A stretch of 64,000 nt of DNA from an uncultured Gammaproteobacteria bacterium (GCA_964360785.1 CAYHXX010000001.1:73334-137333), one strand, 5' to 3'; shown: positions 37,874-48,190, counted from the first letter of the stretch. Notes: generated from the sequence alone by a model not told the origin. Program-made: numbers and translations.

Positions 37874-38706
37874 TGATTACATTTTATTCAACAGTTTTCT
37901 TTATTTTTGGTGCTTGTATTGGCTCTTTTCTGAACGTTGTGATATTGCGTACCCATGAGAAAAAGACTCTCGATGGGCGTTCCCGTTGCCCACATTGCAA
38001 ACATGAGCTACAAACCCTTGATCTTATCCCGATATTTAGTTACCTTGCGCTGCAGGGTAAATGCCGCTACTGCAAACACAAACTTTCAATTCAGTACCCG
38101 CTGATTGAGCTAACCACAGCGATCTTGTTTACAATTGCTTTTCTCGTTTGGGGTCAGACCCTGACAGAAGAGGGTCTGACCCCAGTAAGTTTAATTGCCT
38201 TTTTATTTTCCTTATTCTTAATCTCAGTTCTGATTGTAGTTACAGTTTATGACCTGCGCTGGGGATTGATTCCTGACAAAATAGTGGTTCCCGCTTCCCT
38301 TACTGCAGTCTTTTACACCTTATTTAAATTTGGTTGGTTATTGTTTACAGATCCCAACCGTATGACCACATTGATTGATCTTGGAGTTTATTTGCTGCTA
38401 GTATTAGGAGTAGGTGGTTTCTTTGCTACCCTGATTGTTGGCACCAAAGGAAAAGGTATGGGTGGTGGCGATCTGAAGTTGTCGGTCTTTATTGCCCTTG
38501 CCTTGGGTTTTCCTCTGACGATCATAGCCTTACTTCTAGCTTTCTTGACAGGGGCCGTAGCCTCAGTTATACTTTTACTATCAGGCAAAAAAGGATTTAA
38601 GAGTCAGATACCATTTGGTCCTTTCTTAGCCCTTGGTGCCCTACTATCAATGATATTGGGCACAAACCTCTGGAGTGCGTACTTGCAAATGTTAGGGTTT
38701 AATTGA
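37870..38706 (+). CDS. pilD: prepilin peptidase PilD (A24 family)
   Basis: N-terminal zinc-binding CPHCKHEL...CRYCKH and catalytic Asp regions (VYDLRWG..., GGGDLKL). Confidence 0.85.
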   Translation: MMITFYSTVFFIFGACIGSFLNVVILRTHEKKTLDGRSRCPHCKHELQTLDLIPIFSYLALQGKCRYCKHKLSIQYPLIELTTAILFTIAFLVWGQTLTEEGLTPVSLIAFLFSLFLISVLIVVTVYDLRWGLIPDKIVVPASLTAVFYTLFKFGWLLFTDPNRMTTLIDLGVYLLLVLGVGGFFATLIVGTKGKGMGGGDLKLSVFIALALGFPLTIIALLLAFLTGAVASVILLLSGKKGFKSQIPFGPFLALGALLSMILGTNLWSAYLQMLGFN

Positions 38707-38836
38707 TAAACTTATCTAAGTAAATGAATTACTCTGCCCGAGTACAGCAAATAAATTTTTTTTCAAAAAACAAAACTAAAAATTCTAGTGATCAGCAAAT
38801 AGTATCTTTATTTGCTTTGAAGGGGGGTGAGAACGT

Positions 38837-39283
38837 ATGATCGATCGACTTCGCTCTCACCTCAAGTCTGAAAAAGGGTTTACCCTTATCGAACTTTTGG
38901 TCGTAATTGCGATTATCGCTATTCTTGTGGTTATCGTCGTTGTAGCTATCAACCCAGTTGAAAGACTTCGGGAAGCTTCAGACCGACGGGCAGCAGCCAA
39001 CACTCGTTCAGCTGGTACCTTAATCAGCACATGTATTACTCGTGCTTTGTCTGGAGCAGGTGCAACTGCGACACTGACTGACTGTGAGTCTATTAATGCT
39101 GTAAATGCTGTTGGAGAGGGTAACTGGCCAGCAACAGCTTCCTATGCTGATGACAATGTAGCAGGTACTCCACCGACCAACATTTGTGCAATCGAGCAAG
39201 GACGTGCAGCTAGATTCTACAGATATCAAAGTGTAACTGGAGAGGTAGATGCCACTGCAACTAGTTTAACTGACTGTCCTTAG
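38837..39283 (+). CDS. type IV pilin (major pilin candidate 1)
   Basis: Prepilin signal ...SEKG|FTLIELLVVIAIIAIL with Glu+5. Cys pair in the C-terminal domain. Confidence 0.8.
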   Translation: MIDRLRSHLKSEKGFTLIELLVVIAIIAILVVIVVVAINPVERLREASDRRAAANTRSAGTLISTCITRALSGAGATATLTDCESINAVNAVGEGNWPATASYADDNVAGTPPTNICAIEQGRAARFYRYQSVTGEVDATATSLTDCP

Positions 39284-39348
39284 AGTCTTTGTAGGTAACA
39301 CCCAGATTAATTGTAATAACTTATAAAATTGTTGCAATTAATTTAAAA

Positions 39349-39816
39349 TTGAAACTAATAAAACAAAGCAGAGGTTTTACTTTAATAGAGTTATTGATTG
39401 TCATTGCGATTATTGCAATTCTAGTAATAATTGTAGTTATAGCCGTAGATCCGGTAAGGATCTTGAGAGAGGCAAACGACAGGCGTAATAGTGCCAATGT
39501 CAGGTCTGCCGGGAGTTTGATAAGTACTTGTATTGCAGCTGAGTTAAGTGAAGAAAATGACCCATTTACTGTAAGTAGCTGTGCAAGTACTTCCGGAGCT
39601 GGGAGTGCTTTGAGTAGTTACGGAACAGTACCACCGACAACAGGTGACGCTGCAATTACTATCGAAGCCGCTACAGATTCAAACTTAAATGGTAAAGTTC
39701 AAATCTGTGCTTATTCAGATAATCCGGGTGGGAACGGCAATATTCGCTGGCAAAATAGCACAGGAGGAATTGAGCTTCCAGCTGCAAATCCAGCCCTAAC
39801 TTGTCCGGATATTTAA
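39349..39816 (+). CDS. type IV pilin (major pilin candidate 2, TTG start)
   Basis: MKLIKQSRG|FTLIELLIVIAIIAILV. A paralogue of the upstream pilin with the shared SAGSLISTCI segment. Confidence 0.7.
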   Translation: MKLIKQSRGFTLIELLIVIAIIAILVIIVVIAVDPVRILREANDRRNSANVRSAGSLISTCIAAELSEENDPFTVSSCASTSGAGSALSSYGTVPPTTGDAAITIEAATDSNLNGKVQICAYSDNPGGNGNIRWQNSTGGIELPAANPALTCPDI

Positions 39817-39829
39817 ATAAGGAGATTTT

Positions 39830-40309
39830 ATGATAAAAATTAATAAAAAAGGTTTCACTTTAATAGAGCTACTTATAGTTATTGCTATTATCGGGGTTTT
39901 GGTTACTATAGTGGTGATCGCCATAAACCCAGCCCGTTTGATTCAAGATGCTCGAGATTCAACAAGACGTTCTGATTTGCAGCAAGTAAAAGCTTCGTTG
40001 CAGCTGTACTACAACGATTGCAAAACATATCCTCCAACTACTGCGTTTAATACACTTTTAAACGCGGGTTCTGAGATGGGCGGTACCGCCGATGCCGATG
40101 GCGTTGACGATGATGTGGCCACGACTTGTGATAATAACCAGACTTACATGAGACAATTACCTGATGACCCGGGGTTTGTCTATACACTTCTTGTGGGTGC
40201 CCAGAACTATACTCTGACGGCTGTATTAGCCAACCCAAACGATGACGATGCCGATACTATAACAAAATGTTCTCCGGCCGAAGGGAATTTTGCTGTCTGC
40301 AATGACTAA
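39830..40309 (+). CDS. GspG-like pseudopilin
   Basis: KKG|FTLIELLIVIAIIGVL, then ARDSTRRSDLQQVKASLQLYY. Confidence 0.75.
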   Translation: MIKINKKGFTLIELLIVIAIIGVLVTIVVIAINPARLIQDARDSTRRSDLQQVKASLQLYYNDCKTYPPTTAFNTLLNAGSEMGGTADADGVDDDVATTCDNNQTYMRQLPDDPGFVYTLLVGAQNYTLTAVLANPNDDDADTITKCSPAEGNFAVCND

Positions 40310-40823
40310 ACTGCTTTTTTCTCAAAAAGGTATCAGCGCTATTTCGGTGATTATTTTTCTGGCTGTAGTGGCAGCGGTTCTAGCAGGCTACTCCTACTAC
40401 AACCCAAGTTTTAGTCTTTCCAAATACAGTCCCCTGAATTATTTCCGGATGAAGCAAGATGATAGCAGGATTGCGGATCTGAAATCTCTGCAATCTGCTG
40501 TGGTGAAATATTACGATGAAAACAACGAAATGCCGGCTAAAGACGGGTGGTGCGGTCGGATCTCTGGCGTACTGCACCCGGAGTTTAGGGATGCTGTCGA
40601 AAATTATTTTCCCAACGCTGAGCCACCACAAGATCCGCTGCGGCCAAACTCGCCCAAAGACTATTTTTATTATCGAGTTGATCGCAGCCACTATGTCCTG
40701 ATGGCGGTTTTGGAAATACCACGGGACCAGGGTTTGTCAAAAGAACAGTACAACTTTACCGGCTGCCACGACTGGCCCGGAGACGGTTTATACAACTACC
40801 AAATCAGCAACCTAGATAACTGA
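40290..40823 (+). CDS. pilin-like protein (degenerate prepilin site)
   Basis: QKG|ISAISVIIFLAVVA, then DDSRIADLKSLQSAVVKYY. Confidence 0.5.
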   Translation: MLSAMTKLLFSQKGISAISVIIFLAVVAAVLAGYSYYNPSFSLSKYSPLNYFRMKQDDSRIADLKSLQSAVVKYYDENNEMPAKDGWCGRISGVLHPEFRDAVENYFPNAEPPQDPLRPNSPKDYFYYRVDRSHYVLMAVLEIPRDQGLSKEQYNFTGCHDWPGDGLYNYQISNLDN

Positions 40824-40831
40824 TACTCTAC

Positions 40832-41413
40832 TTGCTTGTTTTCGGAGTATTTAATATCATTAAATCAATGTTTCCTGCCGACAACAATTTCAAATCTTTT
40901 CAATTAAGAAATCAAAGCGGTCAAGGAATTATTGAGATTGTAGTTGTCCTTGGGCTAGCTGCAATACTCATACTTTCTTTGGTAGCACTCTCAGTTCGCT
41001 CCAACCGCTCGGCCAACTTCTCCAGAGCCGAAGATCAGGCAGCTAGATTTGCGCAGGAAGGTATGGAGTATATCCGAAATATGCGTGACTACAATACCGC
41101 GACCATCACCCTAGCGAGTTGTAGCCCTTCAACTGCTTGGACTTGTATTTTTGATGAGGATTTTTCCGGTGATAAATCAGCTGAACTTACTTCAAGTACT
41201 TCTCTTGATTTCGATTCAGGCTTAGTTGAAGAAGTACTAGCTGGTGGTCGTACCTTTGAGCGTCGAGTTACAGTTCGTGATGATGGTACTGATAACCCTT
41301 GTAATCCGTCTGGGGTAGATTCGGACAAAATTAAACAATTTACTGTTGAGGTTAGTTGGACTGATACTTCTGGACCTCATGCTTCTACTACAAACTCTTG
41401 TCTGACGAAATGA
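40832..41413 (+). CDS. minor pilin (prepilin-type N-terminal domain)
   Basis: NQSG|QGIIEIVVVLGLAAILI with Glu at +5. The start may be the internal ATG at 40868 (MFPADNNF...). Confidence 0.55.
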   Translation: MLVFGVFNIIKSMFPADNNFKSFQLRNQSGQGIIEIVVVLGLAAILILSLVALSVRSNRSANFSRAEDQAARFAQEGMEYIRNMRDYNTATITLASCSPSTAWTCIFDEDFSGDKSAELTSSTSLDFDSGLVEEVLAGGRTFERRVTVRDDGTDNPCNPSGVDSDKIKQFTVEVSWTDTSGPHASTTNSCLTK

Positions 41414-41961
41414 AAAAAAATTATTGGTCTAGAACAAAAAATTCAAACGGATTCACCCTCATTGAGGTGCTTGTGACAGTGGCAGTTACCGGTATTTTGA
41501 CAGTTATGGCTTCGGTTATTTTCATAAACACAGTCAGAAACTCAAAAAAAGCGGAAGTTACAGCCGAAGCTCGACAAAACGCAGCCTTGGTGATCGATCG
41601 TTTGCAAAAAGATGCGCGTGGAGCTAGCTCTATGTCCACAAACGCTAGTGGAAAAATCCTTACCATTGAAAACGGCTCCAATATTATACGTTGGACTTGC
41701 ATTGATCCTACCGCTACCACTAACGGTTCAATCAGTCGGGAGGTAAACAGTTCGGGGCCACTTACGGTTACAAATAAAGACACTGTAGATGGGATTAGTG
41801 TTTTGGACACCTGTGTTTTCAGTCCAATCAACACTGGCAACGTTGAACTGGTAACAGTAGAATTTACGATTACTGAAGGAGTGGGAGTACTGTCAGGACC
41901 GCAAGAGTATCAGGTACAGTTACCGTTTAGTACCTCTGTGTCTAAGAGGCCGCTAGATTAG
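41398..41961 (+). CDS. minor pilin, PilW/PulJ-like
   Basis: SNG|FTLIEVLVTVAVTGILT prepilin cleavage/methylation motif. Confidence 0.7.
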   Translation: MSDEMKKNYWSRTKNSNGFTLIEVLVTVAVTGILTVMASVIFINTVRNSKKAEVTAEARQNAALVIDRLQKDARGASSMSTNASGKILTIENGSNIIRWTCIDPTATTNGSISREVNSSGPLTVTNKDTVDGISVLDTCVFSPINTGNVELVTVEFTITEGVGVLSGPQEYQVQLPFSTSVSKRPLD

Positions 41962-42034
41962 ACTTGACGAAGTTTGGGCTTTAGATTTACACTAAATATA
42001 GCATTAGCTATTTATCGACTAACTCTAAATACAA

Positions 42035-42973
42035 ATGTTTCTGCCTAGATACCTAAAAAGCAACGAATCCGGACAGGTTTTGGTAATTTTCCTTTTGGTT
42101 TTGGTTATTGGCTTGGCCTTGGTCCTTTCAATTGCCTCTCGTACAGTCACCGATATCCGGCAAACTACAACTTCAGATGAAAGTAATCGTGCATACTACG
42201 CTGCTGAGTCTGGAGTCGAAGACGCTTTGAAGAAAATTGAGGATGATTTTAATTTTGATACCGATGGTGATGGAAACCCAGATGCTTATAATCTTGATTT
42301 CGCATCTGTAAATCGCACAAATGCAGATGTAGACGTGATCCCTTTAAGAGCAGATCCTGGAGTAATTCTAGATTTTCTTAATTACGCTAAAGATGATGTC
42401 GCCCAAATAAACCTCATGGCAGATTTTAATACATTGGCACCAGGTGGTGCAGTAGGAATCGTTCCAGGAGATACAATAATACTTCATTACGGAACGCCGG
42501 GTAGTCCAACCACACCAGCTATTGAGGTGTCTTTTGTTACCTATAATGGGTCTGCTTGGGGAATCCGTAAAATGACGTTTGACCCAATTCTTGGCCGTAG
42601 TAGTGGTTTTTGTGGGGGAGGAGGAGTTTCAGTACCAGCAGTACAAGGTGTACACAAAGCCTATGATTTTTCAGCCCAAATCAGACTTAATGATACCGCT
42701 CTATCCAACCCTTCTTGTGCCAGTAATGAGGCTGTGACAGTCAATCCTGTTATCGCACGAGTAAGATTTCTGTATGGAGACTCTTCTTTAGGAGTTGAAG
42801 TGGTAGGAAAGGCTTTGCCACAACAAGGTCAGAAAATTACATCAACTGGTGAGACCCCTTCCGGTGTAACACGAAAGCTTGAGGTAAACCGCTTCTACCC
42901 CACCCTCCCTGCTATCTTTGATTATGTTCTGTACAATGGTTCCTCTGGGGATCTCTGCAAAGGGAGCTGTTAG
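42035..42973 (+). CDS. PilX-like minor pilin
   Basis: N-terminal TM helix, then NRAYYAAESGVE, which resembles the PilX_N motif AFYAAEAG. Confidence 0.55.
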   Translation: MFLPRYLKSNESGQVLVIFLLVLVIGLALVLSIASRTVTDIRQTTTSDESNRAYYAAESGVEDALKKIEDDFNFDTDGDGNPDAYNLDFASVNRTNADVDVIPLRADPGVILDFLNYAKDDVAQINLMADFNTLAPGGAVGIVPGDTIILHYGTPGSPTTPAIEVSFVTYNGSAWGIRKMTFDPILGRSSGFCGGGGVSVPAVQGVHKAYDFSAQIRLNDTALSNPSCASNEAVTVNPVIARVRFLYGDSSLGVEVVGKALPQQGQKITSTGETPSGVTRKLEVNRFYPTLPAIFDYVLYNGSSGDLCKGSC

Positions 42974-43031
42974 CAGCCTCCAAAAAACTCTTGCCTTGAA
43001 TTTATTTTGTGTGCTAAACTGATATACAGAC

Positions 43032-44069
43032 ATGCCTGCCATCAATCATTTCGGTCTTGATATTGGAACTCACAGTATCAAACTCGTTCAACTAACCGGC
43101 TCAACACAAGCGGCTTCGTTTGTGACAGCTGGACAGTTCCAAACTCCACCCCAAGCACTACTTTCCGAATCCGACGAAGATCTACAGCAGCTCGCAACTG
43201 CCATAAAAAATTTGGTAAAAGAAGCTAAAGTTACTACAAATCGTGTAGTCGCTTCTCTTCCGGAATCACAGATATTTACTCGGGTGGTGGAGATGCCGCA
43301 GCTTTCGAAACAAGAAATGCAGACTGCAATCGACTACGAGGCCGAGCAGTATGTTCCTCTTCCGATGACCGAAGTTACTCTGACCTGGCAAGTTCTCTCT
43401 TCCAGAGTGGGAGCTGATAAGAAGACTACGATGGAAGTACTCCTGGTAGCCGCCCCAAAAAACTTGATAAATAAGTATCTTAAAATTTTGAAAATGGCTG
43501 ATTTAAATCCAGTTTCAGTCGAAACCGAAACTACTGCAGCCGTACGTGCGCTTGTGCAACGTGTCGAAGGTTCACCAACGACAATGCTCGTAAGTTTAGG
43601 AGCCTCAACCACTGACCTCACCGTTGTCACCGACAACCAAATTAGTTTTACACGTTCCATTGCAACCGGAGGTGTGGCTTTGGCACGTTCGGTCGCAAAT
43701 GACTTGGGTTTTGAACTTGACCAGGCAGTTGAATACATGAAAACCTATGGGCTAGACTCGACACAGCTTGAGGGTAAGGTTACCGCGGCTATCAAACCAG
43801 TATTTGATGTGATCGTCAATGAAATTCGTCGCGCTCTCGCTTTTTATCAAAGTAAACATCCCGACAAACCCGTCAAAAGAGTTGTTTTGACCGGAGGTAC
43901 TTCAAAATTACCTGGGGTTGTGATTTATTTGGCTGAGGCTCTTGGGCTTGAGGTACAAATAGGTAATCCTTGGGATGGTATTGCCTTACCTCAACAAATT
44001 TCAAAGAAATTAATTGATGAAGGTACTACCTACGGAGTTGCCGTAGGACTAGCTTTAAAACAAGTATAA
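43032..44069 (+). CDS. pilM: type IV pilus assembly protein PilM (actin-like ATPase fold)
   Basis: GLDIGTHSIKLVQL...VLTGGTSKLPG, the actin/FtsA-like phosphate motifs. 345 aa. Confidence 0.85.
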   Translation: MPAINHFGLDIGTHSIKLVQLTGSTQAASFVTAGQFQTPPQALLSESDEDLQQLATAIKNLVKEAKVTTNRVVASLPESQIFTRVVEMPQLSKQEMQTAIDYEAEQYVPLPMTEVTLTWQVLSSRVGADKKTTMEVLLVAAPKNLINKYLKILKMADLNPVSVETETTAAVRALVQRVEGSPTTMLVSLGASTTDLTVVTDNQISFTRSIATGGVALARSVANDLGFELDQAVEYMKTYGLDSTQLEGKVTAAIKPVFDVIVNEIRRALAFYQSKHPDKPVKRVVLTGGTSKLPGVVIYLAEALGLEVQIGNPWDGIALPQQISKKLIDEGTTYGVAVGLALKQV

Positions 44070-44071
44070 AA

Positions 44072-44701
44072 ATGGAAAACACAAAACCAGATCAACCAAA
44101 ACCGCAAACGATTCAAGCCCAGCCCGTATCCGCAGGAATAAATCTTTTACCAGACGTTGCTGAAAGAGAGATAAAATCCGGAGTCTACAAGCGCAAGGCA
44201 AATATTATTTCTCTTGTTTTACTAGGAGTCATCGGTGTTGTTATAGTCGGAATCTTGATATTTCAGGGTAGTTTGGCACTTCAGGCTAATTCAATTAAAA
44301 ATAAGACTGCCGAAGCCGAAGATCGAATTCGCCAGAAACAAGCACTCGAAATAAAGGCTTTGGCAACCAAAGAAAAGCTTGATAAAATTAAACAGCTTCT
44401 GACCTCAACAATACCTTCATCTGCATTCATTAGTGAAATAACTAAAGACTCGGCAACAACCCAACCAATCGTTTTGACCAACCTAACGATTTCACAAAAT
44501 GGCGAGGCGTTTGTTGACGGTACCGCGGTGAATTCAGAGGTGTTCAAGCAGTGGGTTGCCAATCTCACCTCCGAAGCTTCGCAAGAATTCTTTGACAAAT
44601 TGAACGCAGTTTCCTTTACTGGTAATCCAACAGAGGGCTATAAATTTTCCTTCAAACTCAGTTTCTTGAAAAAAGGAGTCTACAGTTTTAATGAAAAATA
44701 A
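44072..44701 (+). CDS. pilN: PilN-like pilus assembly protein
   Basis: INLLPDVAEREIK plus a single TM helix and a coiled region, directly downstream of pilM. Confidence 0.65.
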   Translation: MENTKPDQPKPQTIQAQPVSAGINLLPDVAEREIKSGVYKRKANIISLVLLGVIGVVIVGILIFQGSLALQANSIKNKTAEAEDRIRQKQALEIKALATKEKLDKIKQLLTSTIPSSAFISEITKDSATTQPIVLTNLTISQNGEAFVDGTAVNSEVFKQWVANLTSEASQEFFDKLNAVSFTGNPTEGYKFSFKLSFLKKGVYSFNEK

Positions 44702-45449
44702 CTTCTCTGAAAATATAAAATTATATTTTGTCCCCATCGTTAGCCTTTTAGTAGTTGGTTTTCTTGTCCCGACTGTAATTATTCCGCAAGTAAAGCAGAT
44801 TAAGGAAAATTGGAAAATTGTTAGTCAAAACAGTAAGCGTTTGGACGCTTTAGAAGCAAAAGCGAAGGCCTTGGAGCAGCTTGAAGGTGCACAAGCAGAG
44901 CTTGATAAGAATCTCGCAACCGCAGAATCTGCCTTGCCGATAGAAAAAGATGTTGCTCGTTTGGTACGCGGGGTACAAAATTTGGCAGTGGCAAACGGTT
45001 TGGAGGTTAGTAAAGTGGAAATAAAGCCAGGTAAAACCGCAACTGAGTCCGCAACTCCAGTTGCAGCCGAGGCGACCACAACGAAAAATTCGAAAGTTTC
45101 CGTCGGTAGTACTAGTAAGACAGAATTGGTCTTTGAACTGGCCTTAAAAGGCAATTTAGCAGCTTTTCAAAGCTTTATGAAATCTATTGAAAGTACCAAA
45201 AGATTGCTTATTTTGAACTCATTCAAATCTACCTTAGGATCTGGCCCGGACTATTCTTTTAGTGTGACAATAAATGCACCTTTTGGTGCTTTACCCAAAA
45301 TCTCAGAGGATCAGCTTGCAGCTGCGGTTGCAGAACTTTCTCAGAACAATAAAAAACTATTAAAAGATTTGGAAAGCTCAATTTTCAAGGACGTTACAAA
45401 TGATCCCCTACCTACTGGACCCACTGGTGTAACCGATCCGTTCAAGTAG
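44691..45449 (+). CDS. pilO: PilO-like pilus assembly protein
   Basis: N-terminal TM helix and coiled coil. Position after pilMN. 11-nt overlap with pilN. Confidence 0.6.
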   Translation: MKNNFSENIKLYFVPIVSLLVVGFLVPTVIIPQVKQIKENWKIVSQNSKRLDALEAKAKALEQLEGAQAELDKNLATAESALPIEKDVARLVRGVQNLAVANGLEVSKVEIKPGKTATESATPVAAEATTTKNSKVSVGSTSKTELVFELALKGNLAAFQSFMKSIESTKRLLILNSFKSTLGSGPDYSFSVTINAPFGALPKISEDQLAAAVAELSQNNKKLLKDLESSIFKDVTNDPLPTGPTGVTDPFK

Positions 45450-45451
45450 GG

Positions 45452-46150
45452 CTAATTTCTCGTAAGTAAATCCGGTCGTAGTTTCTTGGTTTTCTCCAGA
45501 GCCTTACCTAGTCTCCATTTATTGATTTCTGCATGATTGCCGGAGCGCAACTCATCTGGGACATTTTCACCTTCAAATTCGGCAGGCCTAGTATATTGCG
45601 GATACTCTAACAGAGTTTGCTTTTTCCCCTCAATTTCTTGTTTTGAAAAAGATTCAAAGTCGAGTGACTCTTGTGCACCAATTACGCCTGGTACCAGGCG
45701 TGAAATTGTTTCCAGGATTACCAGGCAGGCTACTTCCCCACCGTTTAACACATAATCCCCAATTGAAATCTCCAAGTCCACATACTTGTCCTTAAATCGC
45801 TGGTCTACGCCTTCGTATCTCCCAGCTATCAGCAACAAGTTTTCCTGTTTACTTAATTTGTTGGCCAAGGCCTGGTCAAATTTTACTCCTGTTGGGTCAG
45901 TCAGGATAACTAGACTGTTTGTTTTTTTTATCTTCTTTACAGCTTGGGCCAGAACATCAGGTTTAAGCACCATCCCGGCTCCGCCGCCATAAGGTGTATC
46001 GTCGACTTGTTTGTGGGGTAAGTCAGAAAAGTCACGCAGATTGTGAGTTTCTACAGAGATTTTGCCAGTTTCAATCGCTTTGGCCACAATACTTTCTTTT
46101 AAAGGAGAACTGAAGAAGTCAGGAAAAAGGGTGAGAATGTCAAATTGCAT
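45452..46150 (-). CDS. trmD: tRNA (guanine37-N1)-methyltransferase
   Basis: MQFDILTLFP...TPYGGGAGMV...GRYEGVDQR. Confidence 0.9.
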   Translation of the reverse strand: MQFDILTLFPDFFSSPLKESIVAKAIETGKISVETHNLRDFSDLPHKQVDDTPYGGGAGMVLKPDVLAQAVKKIKKTNSLVILTDPTGVKFDQALANKLSKQENLLLIAGRYEGVDQRFKDKYVDLEISIGDYVLNGGEVACLVILETISRLVPGVIGAQESLDFESFSKQEIEGKKQTLLEYPQYTRPAEFEGENVPDELRSGNHAEINKWRLGKALEKTKKLRPDLLTRN

Positions 46151-46189
46151 TTGTTTCTATGAAATCAAAATTCATTGTTCTAACAGTTT

Positions 46190-46432
46190 TTAGGCTCGAT
46201 CTTCATCTAGAAGAAGGTTGACCCGCTTATTTTCCAAAATAGCCTTTGTCCGCAGAAGATTTCTTATAGATTTTATTACTTTTCCCCCTTTACCGATTAC
46301 TAGGCCCATGTCTTCAGGTGAGACTCGGAGTTCAAGAACAATTTCGCCTTCTTGACCTACCGAATCAGCAATGGAGATCTCATCTGGGTGTTTAACAATA
46401 TTTTTAACAATGACTGTCAGCAAGTCCTTCAT
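46190..46432 (-). CDS. KH-domain RNA-binding protein (UPF0109/YlqC-like)
   Basis: VIGKGGKVIKSIRNLL is the GXXG KH loop. It sits in the conserved rpsP-KH-trmD context. Confidence 0.75.
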   Translation of the reverse strand: MKDLLTVIVKNIVKHPDEISIADSVGQEGEIVLELRVSPEDMGLVIGKGGKVIKSIRNLLRTKAILENKRVNLLLDEDRA

Positions 46433-46665
46433 TATGAGGTTTGGTTTGCGAGCTTAAATACAGTTTCGGTTGGCTGTGCGCCTTTAGAGATCCAAAAATC
46501 GTACTTTTCCTTATTCAGAACAACTGTCCTTGGTTTGACAGTCTCATCGAGCGTACCGATGACCTCGAGAAAGCGACCATTGCGGGCTCTTTGTTGATCG
46601 GCAACTATAATTCGGTATTTACGTTGGTTCGTACTGCCAACTCGCGATAATCTAATTTTGACCAT
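46432..46665 (-). CDS. rpsP: 30S ribosomal protein S16
   Basis: MVKIRLSRVGSTNQRKYRIIVAD. Confidence 0.9.
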   Translation of the reverse strand: MVKIRLSRVGSTNQRKYRIIVADQQRARNGRFLEVIGTLDETVKPRTVVLNKEKYDFWISKGAQPTETVFKLANQTS

Positions 46666-46707
46666 AAAAATTATTTCTGGATCAAATTCCAGCTTCAGGA
46701 AGGGATT

Positions 46708-47397
46708 CTATACTATCTTGTCAAAGTTTTCAAGGGCAGCGGAGGCTGCTTCTTGTTCAGCCTGCTGTTTGCTCTTACCTTTGCCTTTACCAACCTGTTT
46801 GTCTGAAATAAAAACTCCTACTTCAAATGTTCGATCGTGGTCAGGGCCAATTTCCTCCAAGACTTTGTACGTCGGAGTAACGTTCAATTTATCTTGAGAC
46901 TGTTCTTGGAAAGCACTCTTGAAATCCTTGTACGAACCTGTAGTGATAATCGCTGGTAGCAAGGGTATTAATTGTTCATGGATCAGTTCTGACGCCTTCG
47001 GTAAACCCAGATCAAGATAAATCGCACCTAGCAGAGCTTCTAGAGTGTTTGCAAGCAGGTACTGTCTCTCACGTCCTCCTGTGGCTTCCTCACCTTTAGA
47101 GAGAAGTAAATATTTGCCCAACTCTAACTTGCCACCAACTTCCGAGAGTGTTCTAGCATTTACAATACTTGAGCGAAAGTTGGTTAAATCTCCTTCGGGT
47201 CGGTTCGGATACTTGAGAAAAAGATATTCTGAAACAACAAACCCAAGCACTGAGTCTCCGAGAAATTCTAGACGCTCATTGTGAGGTATTTTTTCCTCCG
47301 GGTGCTCGTTTAGATAAGAACGGTGAATAAAAGCCGATTTTAGTAGATTCTTATCTTTAAAATTTAGTTTTAGTGATTTTTCTAGTTCTTCTAACAA
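46708..47397 (-). CDS. rnc: ribonuclease III
   Basis: ERLEFLGDSVLGFVVSEYLF RNase III signature plus a C-terminal dsRBD. Confidence 0.9.
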   Translation of the reverse strand: MLEELEKSLKLNFKDKNLLKSAFIHRSYLNEHPEEKIPHNERLEFLGDSVLGFVVSEYLFLKYPNRPEGDLTNFRSSIVNARTLSEVGGKLELGKYLLLSKGEEATGGRERQYLLANTLEALLGAIYLDLGLPKASELIHEQLIPLLPAIITTGSYKDFKSAFQEQSQDKLNVTPTYKVLEEIGPDHDRTFEVGVFISDKQVGKGKGKSKQQAEQEAASAALENFDKIV

Positions 47398-47465
47398 GTA
47401 TTTTAGTTGATTGGGCGCTTACGAATAGTGACTACAAAAGTTAACACCACTCACAAGAGACCAAA

Positions 47466-47705
47466 TTAAACTTCTCCTATTGATTCAGAAACATACTCGA
47501 CTATATCTCCGACTTTAATAAATTTCTGGCTGTCTTGCGCAGGAATTGCAATTTTAAACTCATCTTCTAGTGAAACAACTAAGTCTGCAAGGCTAAGTGG
47601 GTCTGAGTTCAAGTCATCCTTAAGATGGGCTTCGTTGTTAATCTCATTTTCTGCCACTCCTAAATATTTTGAAACTATCTTTGCGACTTTTTCTTCGACA
47701 TTCAT
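47466..47705 (-). CDS. acpP: acyl carrier protein
   Basis: 79 aa. LNSDPLSLADLVVSLEDEF matches the ACP phosphopantetheine-Ser helix region. Confidence 0.7.
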   Translation of the reverse strand: MNVEEKVAKIVSKYLGVAENEINNEAHLKDDLNSDPLSLADLVVSLEDEFKIAIPAQDSQKFIKVGDIVEYVSESIGEV

Positions 47706-48190
47706 TTTTTCTCTGCACTTTCTTTTGTTTTTGTTTCCTTGGCAAATTCGGGCATTAACTCTTTAACAACTGTTCCCAAAACACCATTGATAAATTTACT
47801 AGAATTCTCACCTCCGAATTGTTTAGCTAGCTCAACACCCTCATCAATCGCTACTTTTGGTGGTACATTGCGAGCAATGTAAAGTTCAAAGATTGCAATG
47901 CGTAATATTTCCAGATCTATTTTTGCGATTTGTACCAGTGGCCACTCAGGAGCCGCTTTTTCAATAATTTTGTCGATTGTATCTAAATTGTTTGTTGTAC
48001 CCTTGAGTATGAAACTAACCAACTCCGAGTCGATTTCTTTTTTTGTACCCGCATTTTCCTCGTCGGCAATATCGAGTACCAGATCTCTTTCGGCAATAGT
48101 CTCAATATCAATTGAGTTGAAACTCCACTCAAAGAGAGCTTGAAGAGCGACAATTCTTGCTTCGTGTCTTTTATCGTTAATTTTCTTCAT
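47702..48190 (-). CDS. nusB: transcription antitermination factor NusB
   Basis: RHEARIVALQALFEWSF. Position next to rpmF and acpP. Confidence 0.8.
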   Translation of the reverse strand: MKKINDKRHEARIVALQALFEWSFNSIDIETIAERDLVLDIADEENAGTKKEIDSELVSFILKGTTNNLDTIDKIIEKAAPEWPLVQIAKIDLEILRIAIFELYIARNVPPKVAIDEGVELAKQFGGENSSKFINGVLGTVVKELMPEFAKETKTKESAEKK

